NCBI GenBank assembly: GCA_030264375.1
Contig: JASCQW010000001.1
Coordinates: forward strand, 93,219,771-93,283,770
From: Carcharhinus longimanus
Lineage: Eukaryota
Direction: 5' to 3'
DNA length: 64,000 bases
How positions within the stretch are numbered: the first letter of the stretch is position 1; the number at the start of each line of letters is the position of its first letter. Shown one piece after another: positions 40,435 to 52,085 of this stretch. A program made the translations under genes and the position numbers. The notes under the pieces are model-generated. The model made no database searches. It worked only from the letters and a program-made list of their open reading frames with translations, and was not told the origin of the DNA.

Positions 40435-41165
40435 CCCTGCTGCTACCTTCTTAATTAGATTCGGGCTTTTTTCTAATGAAAGATGTTAGGTTAACTGGTC
40501 TACTGCACTCTGTCTTTCTTTTTTCTTGGATAAAGGTTATATATAAATTGATGATTTTTCAATCCATCGGGAGTTTCCAGAATTTATGGAATTTTTGAAG
40601 ATGACAACCATTTCTGTAGCCACTTCATTTGAGACCCTAGGATGCAGAGTGCTTGTCAGTCTTTGGTCCCGTTAATTTTTCTAGTACTTTCTCTGACAAT
40701 AGTGATTATTTTCAGTTCCTCTCTCCCTTTTTCCCTTATTTCACTACTATTCTTGAGATGCTTTTTTCCCCTCATTTCCTTGTGCAGATAGATAGAAAAT
40801 ACTTGTTTAGAGCTTCTGCCATCACCTTTTTTTCCATTAACTCCCAAGTCTCATCCTCTAAGGCACCAATGCTGACATTAACTATGCTTTTCTCTTGTAG
40901 AATATTTTACTGTCTGTTTTTATGTTCCTTGCTAGTTTTCTCTCATACTCAACTTCTCCCTCTTTGATTCTTTTACTTATCCTTTGATATTTTCTAACAT
41001 TTTCCTAAATGTTCTAGCCTACTACTAATCTCCAGAGCATTGTTCATATTTTCTCGAACTTGATATTCTTAACTTGCTTAGTTAGCCATGGATGGTGTAT
41101 CCTTCTCATAGAATCTTTCTTTCTCAATGGAATAGATCCATGTTGAGAGTTATGAAAATCTCCTT
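40435..41165 (-). mobile_element. Old CR1 LINE ORF2 internal fragment
   Basis: Strand-biased composition and decayed DYRPVNLT-like sequence on the reverse complement at about 40480-40505. Confidence 0.55.
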
Positions 41166-41356
41166 AAATGTCTTTTACCTTCACCTGAACAGGCAGGTGA
41201 GGCTTCTGTTTAAAGTTTCCTCCAAAAGAATTCAGTGCTCCCTCTGTACTGTACTGTGAGCCTTCATTTCTCAACTTAAGCCCTCGTGTGGGACTTGAAC
41301 CCAAAACATCATGATTCAGAGACAAGAGTGCTACCAACTGAGCTAGGGCTGACACA
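41166..41356 (-). mobile_element. tRNA-headed Deu-domain SINE (SacSINE1-like), 5' part
   Basis: Reverse complement: gtcagccctagctcagttggtagcactcttgtctctgaatca...gggttcaagtcccac...cagtacagtacagagggag. Confidence 0.65.
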
Positions 41357-42320
41357 CAAGCGGATAAGGAAGGCCAGGAGCCAGTACATCCAGCACATGA
41401 TCTAAAAAGTATCTTTTCAAGTGGATTCCTGCCAGACAATATGGTCAGACTGCAGCAGAATGATAGTCAACTCCCAATATCTTCATACTAATCTATTTCT
41501 GGAAACTGTGGTTAAATGGGCACTTCCTTTGTATCGATTTACTGNNNNNNNNNNNNNNNNNNNNNNNNNNNNNNNNNNNNNNNNNNNNNNNNNNNNNNNN
41601 NNNNNNNNNNNNNNNNNNNNNNNNNNNNNNNNNNNNNNNNNNNNAACTGTGGTTAAATGGGCACGTCCTGTGTATCGATTTACTGTTACACCCTGCTGAA
41701 TTACAATCCAGTATTCAAAGTTAATTACCTAATTACTACCACTGGTCTGGTTCCGGTGCATTCAAATATGACAAGAAAATGCAAATGTTCTATTGTTACC
41801 TGATCAGGAAACGAACCAACACTTTCAGGTCCTAATGCCATTCTAGTTAAACCTCTTAAACATGGCTACCGGTACTTAAAGAGTAATTACTGGCAATCAA
41901 ATACGTAAGATAGTCCTTTGTTCTCTGTCAGTAAATATGCCATTGATTTGAAAAATCAGAGATCTGCGTTATACATACTTAAAGGAGACAGTAAGCAAGT
42001 ACTGCCAGAGAAGTTACAGGAGATTGCGGATCGTGCTTCCGGCTTGCAAGAGCTGGCATTCCCTGCTGTTCCAGCACAAGAGGTCAGCTGGCTGAACATG
42101 AAGTGGGAGATGCCAGTGCTTGAATCAAGAAAAGTTGCTTTTGGCAGTAGCTTAGCACACAGGAGCAACCTGCCAACTCCAATCTGCCTCACTAACCATG
42201 CTAACAACACATTACAGGTCACTTGTGTGACTGTCTTAAATAATGTCTTTCACAAAACAGAGCCCACAGAGGTGGAAGCTGCATTTGGGAAAATTGCCCT
42301 AAGGTTCAAGTTCAACTCAC

Positions 42321-42395
42321 ATTTTGCGGAGCTGTGGGAGTTTCTTGAAGATGCCAGTGGCTTCCAATACTGTAAATTCATTGTTGTTAAGACGC
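42321..42395 (-). CDS. SLIT2: SLIT2 exon 17 (75 nt): [24 protein letters not shown](I)
   Basis: ttttag|G CGT CTT AAC...CGC AAA AT|gtgagt; phase 2-2. Confidence 0.97.
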
Positions 42396-43759
42396 CTAAA
42401 ATGTTCAAGTGGAAAATAAATCAATTAGCAAAATTTCATCGCAAGAATGTTTTTAACCTAAACTTTTCACACATCAAACCTGTGCGTTTCTTTCCCCAAC
42501 ATGAACCTGATGATTCCTTTGAGGTAGCTTTTGTCAATTTGAAGTTGAAGAATTTACTACTAAATGTTCTCAATTGAAGTTGGGAGTGTTTTTTTTCCTC
42601 CCGAGTTCGCTAAGCTTTATACTAGTGTTTAACTAGATAAGGATCTGAATACTGTGTCACTTGCATTTTCAAACTGAACGATGTTACCTTCCTTCAAGAA
42701 CACGAAAGTGACATGAGGATCATGTGCAACTGAGTAAACCTTTATTTAGGACAATGAAATTGATTTGCCCCACTGCTATTATGTACGTGGGAATGAAATG
42801 CACCACTATGACTATGGACCACACGGCAGTGGCTACAGAATCTTGACTTGGGAGTGAAAGTCTTGGTCGAGTCACCTTTACCCTTGAGCAAAGATTAAAC
42901 AAAACAGAAATGCTGGAATTCAAACCTCCTTCACTGCAACATTGCTCCCTCTTCTAAAGGTGCTGACCTATGCTGAAGTTCATCAGGCCACAGTCTCATG
43001 CCATTTTGAAAATGTGCACCTTGCGGGAGTACTGGTCAACTATTTGACAAGGTGGCAATAGCAATGATTCTTCCCTCACTCAATTTCTACAAAAGTGCAT
43101 TTTCCAACAGGACTCATTGGAACGCAATCAGGATGGGAAACCCAGGCTGAGAATTTAACTTCCTATATCACACTGAGGGCAACTATAAAATCTAATGGAT
43201 AATCTAGCTGAGATTGACTAACCTCTATTTCATAGCTCTGATCCATTTTTGGCAATGTCTTATCAAATGACAATTGTGGGCTTATAATGTCAAAACAATT
43301 AAAATTAAGCCATTGAATTTAATTTTGCAAAAGGGAATTACTGCTTTAGCAACAGAAGAGCTCCTATGTCTAGAATATATGATATGGGCTGTGTGTTCCA
43401 GTTTAGCAATTCCAGCACAGACATTTGCATCACAGAAATTGGGTTTGGGTTCAGCAGAACTGATTCACAACTGTGAAAATTTTCAGTCTGAGCTTGAGGT
43501 CTTTATCCTCCCATCCTTGTGGTTATAAATTGGGTGCAATGTTCCCCTGTGAATTAGACTTTGTGTGTGCATCATCTCTTGTGATTTATATATTGGGCAC
43601 GATATTGTGTTGGGTTATAAATTGGACAAGCTCTTGCTATGCTCGATAATTGGGTGTTCCCCTCTGAATTATACACTGGATGTGTTATCCTATTTAAGTT
43701 ATAAAATTTGCATCCTATCTCTCCAGCTTATACATGGGGTGTGTTATCCCTGTGGATTT

Positions 43760-43830
43760 AAAGAACAAAAAAGAACAAGAACAGCCCGGGAAACAGGCCC
43801 TTTGGCCCAACGAGCCCGCTCCACGGGCGC
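43760..43830 (-). mobile_element. Very short 5'-truncated CR1 tail inserted in the minisatellite
   Basis: aaagaacaa...cagcccgggaaacaggccctttggcccaacgagcccgc is the reverse complement of the tail at 4097-4171. Confidence 0.75.
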
Positions 43831-44740
43831 GTTACACTGAGTGTGTTATCCCTGTGGGTTTACACTGAGTGTGTTATCCCTGTGGGTTTACACTGAGTGT
43901 GTTATCCCTGTGGGTTTACACTGGATGTGTTATCTCTGTGGGTTTACACTGGTTGTGTTATCCCTGTGGGTTTACATTGGGTGTGTAATCCCTGTGGGTT
44001 TACACTGAGTGTGTTATCCCTATAGGTTTACAATGAGTATGTTGTCCCTGTGGGTTACACTGGATGCGTTATCCCTCTGGGTTTACACTGTGTGTGTTAT
44101 CCTTGTGGGTTTACACTGAGTGTGTTATCCCTGGGGTTTACACTCTCTGTGTTATCCCTATGTATTTACACTGGGTGTGTTATCCCTGTCGGTTTACACT
44201 GGGTGCATTATCCCTGCGGGTTTACACTGAGTGTTATATCCTGTGGGTTTACATTGAGTGTGTAATCCCTGTGGGTTTACACTGGGTGTGTTATTCATGT
44301 GGGTTTACACTGGGTGTGGTATCTCTGTGGGTTTACACTGGGTGCGTTATCCCTGTGGGCTTACACTGGGTGTGTTATCCCTGTGGGTTCATATTGGATG
44401 CATTATCGCTGTGGGTTTACACTGCGTTCGTCATTCCTGTGGGTTTACACTGGGTGTGTTATCCCTGTGGGTTTACACTGAGTGTTTTAATCCTGTGGGT
44501 TTACACTGAGTGCTTTATCCCTGTGGGTTTACACTGAGTGCTTTATCCCTGTGGGTTTACACTGGGTGCGTTATCCCTGTGGGTTTATACTAGGTGTGTT
44601 ATCCCTGTGGACTTACACTGAGTGTGTTATCCCTGTAGTTTTTTACTGGCTATGTTATCCCTGTGGATTTGCACTGAGTGCTTTATCCCTGTGGGTTTAC
44701 ACTGGATGTATTATCCCTGTGGGTTTACACTGGGTGCGTT
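43831..44740 (+). repeat. 28-bp minisatellite (TACACTGRGTGTGTTATCCCTGTGGGTT)n, about 32 copies, with degenerate copies back to about 43490
   Basis: Direct tandem periodicity of 28 nt, no spacers. Confidence 0.95.
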
Positions 44741-45267
44741 AGTCACTGAGACCCATAGATGGAAGAATACAGCAGAGAGCACCAAACTGAACAGTGACCT
44801 CCATATTATTAATGTCTCTCAAATACCTAGACACAAAACAAACTTTATTCAGTATTAATGAGTTGGCATCTCAGACACATGGCATCAATGGAGTACAATC
44901 ATTTACGGGTAACAAAGTCACTCTGTAACGCAATATTTGAAAATCAAATGCTGTTTCAAACAATTTGGCCACTGGTGTCTAATTTCTATCTGATCTGCAG
45001 GCTAGAGCCAATACTGGCACAGTTATTAACACTTGCCAACAGACAGCCAAATGACTTTTTCCCCTTTCCTTTTTTCTAATGTTCATGTGCAACCAACAAC
45101 CCTTCTCCCATGAGTGTACCTTCTTTCTTCCAGCTCAAGAGACGTGGGCCTACTGCCTGAAGCTATTTTCTAAATGTATTCTACAGTTCTTTGTTTCACT
45201 GCCAAAGTGTAGATGAGAAAGACTAAGTCTGTATGTGTGCAGTAGTGGGCTTGCTGTGCCAACTTAC

Positions 45268-45418
45268 AACTCTGCAGTGTACTGAGGGATATGATCAGGA
45301 ATTTTCGTAAGCCTTTGATTGGAGCAGTCCACAGTGGTTCCCTCGCATCGACATTTTTCAGGGCAAGCAAGGTCCAGGAAGCAGTCTCCACTGAGTTTGG
45401 ATCTGTAATCCTCTGTGC
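45268..45418 (-). CDS. SLIT2: SLIT2 exon 16 (151 nt, D3 N-cap): (G)[49 protein letters not shown](L)
   Basis: ctgcag|GC ACA GAG GAT TAC...GCA GAG TT|gtaagt; phase 1-2. Confidence 0.97.
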
Positions 45419-46101
45419 CTGCAGATTATTTGAGTCAAAATATGCAGATTACTCAAGTCGGCAAACAGAAAAACAGGTATTTTAACAGGAAAAGTAATAC
45501 TATGTAAAGAGAGTCAATTAACACGCAAGAAAAATAGGTCGATTTTTAAGACCATACAGAAAGCAAAATTTCAAGAAATTATAATACTGTACCTAGATCT
45601 TGAACTAGATCACAGTAAAGATAAGTCCCAAAAGAGTACAGGTAACATTTACAAGCTGACCTTTTAATGCAGGCTCCTTCTGTTGCAATTTCTACTACAA
45701 AGCTAACTGCCTTCTCACACTCCTGTAGCTAGCTCATAATGTTGCTAAGCTTTATCTAATTCAATTTAGTGCTCCCACCTGAGCCATTTGTTTGAAATAG
45801 TGAGTGGAATTCAAAAAGACTGAATACTTCCAGGCCAATTGGAACACATCTGGTACAGTCATTACATTTGTTCTTTCACTTGCTTTTTCCTACATCAATC
45901 TTTGCTTGTCTTTTTATCCACTTTTCTTTATGAGAAAATTCAATCAGCCATGGCCTCAATACAAATGTCATAAGATTGGTTTCTAGCTCTGAAAGCCTCT
46001 GTCTGCAGAACTACCATCCTGAGCTTTGTTGGTCTTCAATCAGAGAATAAGGATATACTGCCTCTGTCTAAGATAGTTCTATTGTCTCTCACTTGGCATG
46101 C

Positions 46102-46204
46102 TGTAGAAGGCATACGTGACGCTCCATGGTGCTTGACAGAACCATGTTTTATTCGTACCTTGCAACCACATGGTTAGATCAAGCACAACGGAAAATCCCG
46201 CTCA
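46102..46204 (-). ncRNA. MIR218-1: mir-218-1 precursor hairpin; 5p mature UUGUGCUUGAUCUAACCAUGU at 46168-46188, 3p arm about 46124-46145
   Basis: Exact reverse complement of miR-218-5p. Loop (ggttgcaaggtacgaataaaac) and 3' flank (gcgtcacgtatgccttctaca) resemble human mir-218-1. Intronic in SLIT2, same strand. Confidence 0.97.
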
Positions 46205-46771
46205 GTTTCAGAACCGCATCAGCTAGGCCAGGTAAAGGTGTGAGGGAAGATAGTAGAAGAAAGAAGGCAAAGCATTCTACTGGAAGAGGTAGAGAATGTA
46301 GTAGTGGGGAGCTGGGATACAACAGCATTAGTATAAACAAGGGTAACATTGTTTTCACAAACAGTTAATGTACAACAGAACGACTACTGTGAATGATATG
46401 CTGAACACAAGCAATACACATGCCTACATGAAAGAATAGCTCTTTCTCAATCGGATATTGCTCAAATTCAGTATCTGACGTCACTAGCCAACTAGGCATT
46501 ACTGAAAACCTGATATGTTGGGGCACACGAAGGTATGGAGAAGGGTGGGGAGGAGAAATTTGGGATCGAATGTTGGATGGCTTCTTACAGGCTGCCAACA
46601 GGTTGAGTGTGAGGCATTAAATGTATCAGGATAAAGGAAAATAATAGTCGTGGGGGTGTGGTTTGGGAGGGGTGGGAGAGAAGGGTAGAGTGTGTTGGAC
46701 CAGATCTGAAAGAGGGGCAAGTGAACGTGGGCAGAGGTTAAGTATCAGGTAGCACACAAATTTGTACTTAC

Positions 46772-46789
46772 AGCCAAAATGGTGAATTC
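46772..46789 (-). CDS. SLIT2: Candidate additional 18-nt microexon in intron 15 (G-I-H-H-F-G, next codon becomes C)
   Basis: ctctgtctctcttttccttctgtgcttctttactttttgcag|GA ATT CAC CAT TTT GGC T|gtaagt; about 40-nt pyrimidine tract, consensus donor, phase 1-1, no stop. No transcript evidence available. Confidence 0.65.
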
Positions 46790-48629
46790 CTGCAAAAAGT
46801 AAAGAAGCACAGAAGGAAAAGAGAGACAGAGCGATTGCATTTATATTCAGGAAAGCAAAGAAAGCAGCCAATCCACTTGTGCTAAGACGGCAGAGCATTA
46901 GCTTTTAATTAGGTTAAATAAACTAAGTTGTTTATGGGATAATCTCGACTATCAGATTGTACCCAAATAGCGCACAATGCTTTGGAGATTCAGCAGACAA
47001 CAAACCTAACTCCCCAGGAAGAATTACACATTGTCATTGTACTAAACCCCCTTTTAATTATTCAATCAATATGCTGAACACATTGAACTATAGGCTTGAT
47101 TTTGTCTTCTTGATAGGATTGGTTCTCCAACCTACTGGTTGGAAACCCAATGGGAAACCTGTGGGGAGGGTGGGGCATGTCCAAATTTAAGTGTCAGTCC
47201 TTCACTGGCAGTTAGGATCTTGGTGATGGATGTCCAGCCACTGAGAACTGCCAATCAGTTAGAGGCAGGCAGCTTTCCATAGCCCGCCAACACCACTGGG
47301 AGTGGCTGCTGTCAGTAATGTACCCACCAGAGAGGTCTAGGATCACTGAGGGACCCAGACCACAGGTGAGCGAGGCAGGTTGGAGGTCACAGAGGGGAGA
47401 TCCTGGTAAAGAGCGTGTGGGGGGAGGGGCAGGAAAGGTTTGGATTAATGAGCAAGGAGTCAGTGGACACTCCCTTTACCAATGATGCGTTCTTCGATTG
47501 TGGTATAAAGGTTTTGAAAGAGGGACTCCCTGGGGGGCTGCTGGCAATCCAACAGGGGGGTTTGCTGGGCGATCTTCAGGAGGTGAATACTAATAAAGGT
47601 GAACCACTGAGCCACTACAAAGTCTTGGCAGAATGAGAGACAATGGTCTTTAAGTGGCTCGTTAATAGGCTTAACTAGCCAGCGGTCAGGTTCCCAGGAT
47701 CAGCCCCCTCCTCACCACTGAATTAATGGACATCAGTTTTCCTGCTGGCAGGAATGAGATGTGTGGCCTATCCCACAGTTATGAGAGCCATCCACCTATC
47801 CACTCTGCTGGCTCCGTTAAATCTGCCTCAATGATGATGTTCAAAATAAAACTAAGTGTTTAGATAATGAAGGGAACTATAAGGAAATTTGTGAAAAATA
47901 TTTGAATTTACCCAAGGCCTACAGCATGTAATTATTCCATTTAATTTATTGGATACAGATATTTAACAAATACTGTCCATTTAGAATCCATTCCTTACAC
48001 CTCAATAATAATGTATTTAATGAAAGCAATTCCTATTCTGAGTCTCAGCTATTGCATGAGCATTTATTATTCAGCAGTTGCTGTTGGGACTGGTTGAAAC
48101 ACGTATATAGGCTTCAAGCTGGCAAATGAACCTACTCGCACGACATTACATTCAAACATACATATCACAGTTTATCAACTGACATATAGGTTAGGAGAGG
48201 AAACAGCTGAAAGAGTCAATGAAAGTGTGTTTGGGAACAATCTAATCTTCATTAATTATAGCAACAAAAAACACAGCTACACAGTTGCCAAAGGTATGAA
48301 AATGTGATGAAGGGTGATTCTGCAATCCAGCACTCTGAGCGGGAAGCCTAGTTCACAGGTAACCTTCTGAGGAAGTGGTAAGCAGACAGTCTGCAATTTC
48401 CCAAGACAACATTCCTCTCAAGTGCTACTCGTCACTTGGAGTATCAGACCTCAGAATCTACCCCACTTTCTGCTCAGTGTATCTATGCTTTCACAAGAGT
48501 GGTTGAAAATGTGAAGAGTTGAATCCCCTCTAATGCCTGCTACAGCAAACTTTATGGATACTGTCCCAGTGGGGATGCTGTATGACCTTCACTTGCCACG
48601 CTGCTGCTTGTCTATATGAAATATTCAGC

Positions 48630-49018
48630 ATTAGCCATGGCTCAGCTGGTAGAAATCTCATCTCTGAGTCCAAAGATTGAGTTGAGGCTAGCACTTAATG
48701 GAGACTGACACCCCAGTGCAGTACTGAGGGTGTGTTGCACTGTCAGAGTGCCGTCTCTCAGATGAGGTGTAGAAGACGAGGAAGAGAAGGAGAGTTACCC
48801 CAGTGTCCTGGTCAATATTATCCCTCAACCAACATTAGGGAAAAAACAGATTACATGGACATTATCTCACTGGTGTTTGTGGGAATGAACTACTGTGTGC
48901 AAATTCCAACAATCCAACAGTAACTATATGTTAGTAAAAGTACTTAATTGCCTGAAAAGTGCTTTGGGATGTCCTAAGGTTGTTATGGATGCTATATAAA
49001 TGCAAAATGTATTCCTTT
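48630..49018 (+). mobile_element. Deu-domain SINE (SacSINE1/AmnSINE-related) with L2-like tail
   Basis: Head agccatggctcagctggtag; core cagtgcagtactgagggtgtgttgcactgtcagag...gtcctggtcaatattatccctcaaccaac; tail gctatataaatgcaa. Confidence 0.75.
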
Positions 49019-50269
49019 TGTTGCAACAGCTCATGGGAGAATTGTCAATGTATCAGCAGACGTTTTGTTGTCAGTCAACCTCCTGAAGAAATTTCACATC
49101 AAGATCACATATATGAATAGTTAAACTGATTGTAGCAATTGTCCATATAACTGTGGAAAGGAGCTGTCCAGAAGCAGACTGAGGATTTCTTCTACACACC
49201 TTATGGATGACAGATTTTGATGAAGAATGAAAATACACCTTTGGAAAATGAAAAGGCAAAGTGCTACTGAAGCATTTTCCACCCCTCTCAGAAAGTAAAC
49301 TTTGAAATCCCAGCAAACTGCCCAGCTAAAATGAAATGAATACCCAAGAAGGAACTCTCTAATAAAAAGGAGCCTGAACTTAGATGAAAAATCCTTCCCC
49401 AAAGGGGTTAAAAATATATTGTGATTCTTCACTTTAAAAGGGCTTAGAAAAGAGATCTAACAGCGGAGCTTCTGTCAATTCAACATCCCTCACACTTGTA
49501 CAGCACTGTTAATGTAGTAGAATGTCCCAAGACACTTCAGAGGTGTAATGAAAAAGGGATGGTGAGCCAAAAAAGAGAGATATTTAAAAAAAAGTAAGTG
49601 AAAACATGGTCAAAAATGCATTTTAAGAGGGTTTTTAAAGCATGATTTAAAGGAAGAAGGAAAGATTTCCAGACCATGGACTAAAGCCCATGAATGAATG
49701 GCCTCAGTGATAGGGATGAGCTGGGTGGTGGGGAGAGTGTAGGGGGTGCAGGAGCTGCACTAGAGACTTGAGTCAGATGAATGGAGAGGTCAGGCTGTGG
49801 CACCTTAAAAGGATTCACATGAAACTATGAAAATTTTAAAATTGAGATGTTGGGGTATCAGAAGCTAACGTAGATCAGTGAGAACAGTGAGGGGTGAGGA
49901 GGGAAGCAGGTATCAGCATTTTTTGACAGAATTCTACCGCCCTGCATGTTACAGAATCGGGGCAGGTGAGGGGTGGTAAACAGAAATGTCTATTGACCTC
50001 GGGCAGGAATTTTCGGTCTCACAACCGTAAAATCCTGCCCTTAAAGTCTAGAGATGTCAAAGGCATCGATGGAGGTTTCAGCATCTATTGGGTTGAGGTA
50101 GTGATGAAGATAAGTGATGTTACTGAACTGGGAATAGACTGTTTTGTAAGGAGGCTGGATAGAAGCTCAGATCAGGGCTGGGATTCTCCAACCTCATCCG
50201 CTGCTGGAATTCTCTGGTCCTGCTGCTGTGAATGGAGAGTTGGCTAAACACCAAATTCTCTTTCACAAA

Positions 50270-50420
50270 ACTCTGCGGATGCTGGAATCTGAAATAAAAA
50301 CAGAAAATGTTGGAAAATCCCAGCAGGTCTGACAGCATCTGTGGGAAGAGAATAGAGCCTCTATTCTCTCCCCACAGATGCTGTCAGACCTGCTGAGATT
50401 TTCCAGCATTTTCTGTTTTT
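50270..50420. mobile_element. Penelope terminal-repeat palindrome (62-bp arms, 1-nt centre)
   Basis: 50296-50357 is the reverse complement of 50359-50420 with 3 mismatches. Confidence 0.8.
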
Positions 50421-51552
50421 TCTTCAAATTCTCTTTCTTGCCGGCAGCAATGGTGTATGACATAGGAGAATTCCAGCCCAGGTTCCAACATTCCATATTG
50501 AATAACCATTGCGAAGACCAAAAGCTTTCAACCACCACCTCCCACCTCACCTTTTACATCACCATTGGCAACTTTTTTCCCTCAACCATCCCGGCACCAT
50601 ATTCAGGAAAGTTTTCTCAAACCTTTATTTCTCTTCATACTGCTCGTATCCGTCAAGATCATGCTTAAAATCTATCTCCATGGCCAAGCTTTGATCACCC
50701 TTTCTGATATTTCCTTTGCCTCTCTGTTGACTGCACCACTATGTGAAATGCCTTGGGCAGTTTATCTACACTTGGAGCACTATACAACTGCAAGGTATTG
50801 CAACTATTCCAAAACAGTTCCCTTCGCAGGCACCTTCAAGATTCTGACAAAACCAAGTAATCTGGGAGCAGATAATTCACGCAGTTTCTCAAACAACAAA
50901 CTACCCAAAGTATTTTCCTGCCTTTGGGACACAGCCTTAATTTTATTCATCTCAGCATTCAGTGGATTAGTTTATGATTAGAGCACACAAGATTATTTTC
51001 TTCTGGTATAAGTGATAGTGATAGCTTCCAAAGTGCCAGATGAAATAAACCTCACTTCCTTCACCAAGCGAACTGCAACAGTGAAGGTCAGATGATGTTG
51101 CGATCAGTATTTCTCACCTAGCTTTAGGCATTTGCTCTATTCCCTTTCCAGGTAATATGAACAAAAATAATTTTGTTGAAGCAATAATGTATGAAATGCA
51201 GCAACAAATGTTTAACTCCACTAGAACTGGAATTAATCATGTGCTATTACCCTCAATAAATGGTGACCTTAGACCAGAAGTGAGAGTTAAACCGAAGAAC
51301 AATAAAAAGAACTCTGATGCATGGCAACTGCATAGCTGACACAAGGAAACATGGGCTTAATGATTCAGCTACTTGGATTAAAAGGTTTCATGCAAAGCTC
51401 TTAGTAGGGGCAGATTCAACTACTGGAAGAGGAGGAAGAGAACTACATTGCTGTCTATTGTGAGATTCATCCGGATCACTACTGCATGCAACACTCCACT
51501 AGATCCTAAGGGAAATCCACAGCTGGTCAGTTCTGCTGCAAGACAAACCTAC

Positions 51553-51576
51553 CTGGAATGAAATATTGTTCTTTCG
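51553..51576 (-). CDS. SLIT2: SLIT2 exon 15, 24-nt cassette microexon (AKEQYFIP)
   Basis: tttatag|CG AAA GAA CAA TAT TTC ATT CCA G|gtaggt; phase 1-1; preceded by a (TC)n pyrimidine tract. Missed by the ORF track. Confidence 0.95.
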
Positions 51577-51921
51577 CTATAAACATAAAAAAGAGAGAGA
51601 GAGAGAGAAAAGACAGAAGAGATGCACCTGAATGTTAGCAGCTGAAGGAAAAAGAAACAGTTTATTTCATTTTAAATCCACAGGTTGCAACTTGTCAACA
51701 GTAAAAAAAATGGCAAAAGCAAACAGCACAAGACTGCTGCAGTTATCACCAAATCAGAAATAAGAGTTAAAAGCTTCCAAGAGCTTTAATAATTCACAGC
51801 ACAACAGATGAATTTTCAGAATCCATAAGAAAGTAGCTCCCAGCCAAGAGAGTGTAATTAATATTACAATATATATATATATATTTATAAATAAACAGTA
51901 AAATTCCAATAATCCAATTAC

Positions 51922-52085
51922 CTGAGCAGCGGAACTTCTTGCTCTTGATCTGTCCGATCCTCTTGTTTGCAAGCCGACGAGGACTAGTGCAGCGGGCGCC
52001 GCTGGTTTCAATGGGGTTTGCATGGAGATAATCCGCAAGCCATTTCAGATGGCAATCACAAATAAATGGGTTCTGCGCCAAATGC
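51922..52085 (-). CDS. SLIT2: SLIT2 exon 14 (164 nt, D2 C-cap): [54 protein letters not shown]
   Basis: aaaag|G CAT TTG GCG...TGC TCA G|gtaatt; phase 2-1. Confidence 0.97.

Noticed and set aside
41504-41685. About 41-bp direct repeat on both sides of a 100-N gap
   Set aside because: Probably a collapsed tandem repeat or overlapping contig ends; cannot be resolved from this assembly.
41918-42577. 219-aa + strand ORF, the longest in the track
   Set aside because: Antisense overlap of SLIT2 exon 17, non-ATG start, no recognisable domain.
43831-44740. Regular 28-bp repeats suggestive of a CRISPR array, and Cys/Val-rich ORFs across them
   Set aside because: Units are contiguous with no unique spacers, there are no cas genes, and the context is a vertebrate intron. 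The ORFs are translations of the repeat.
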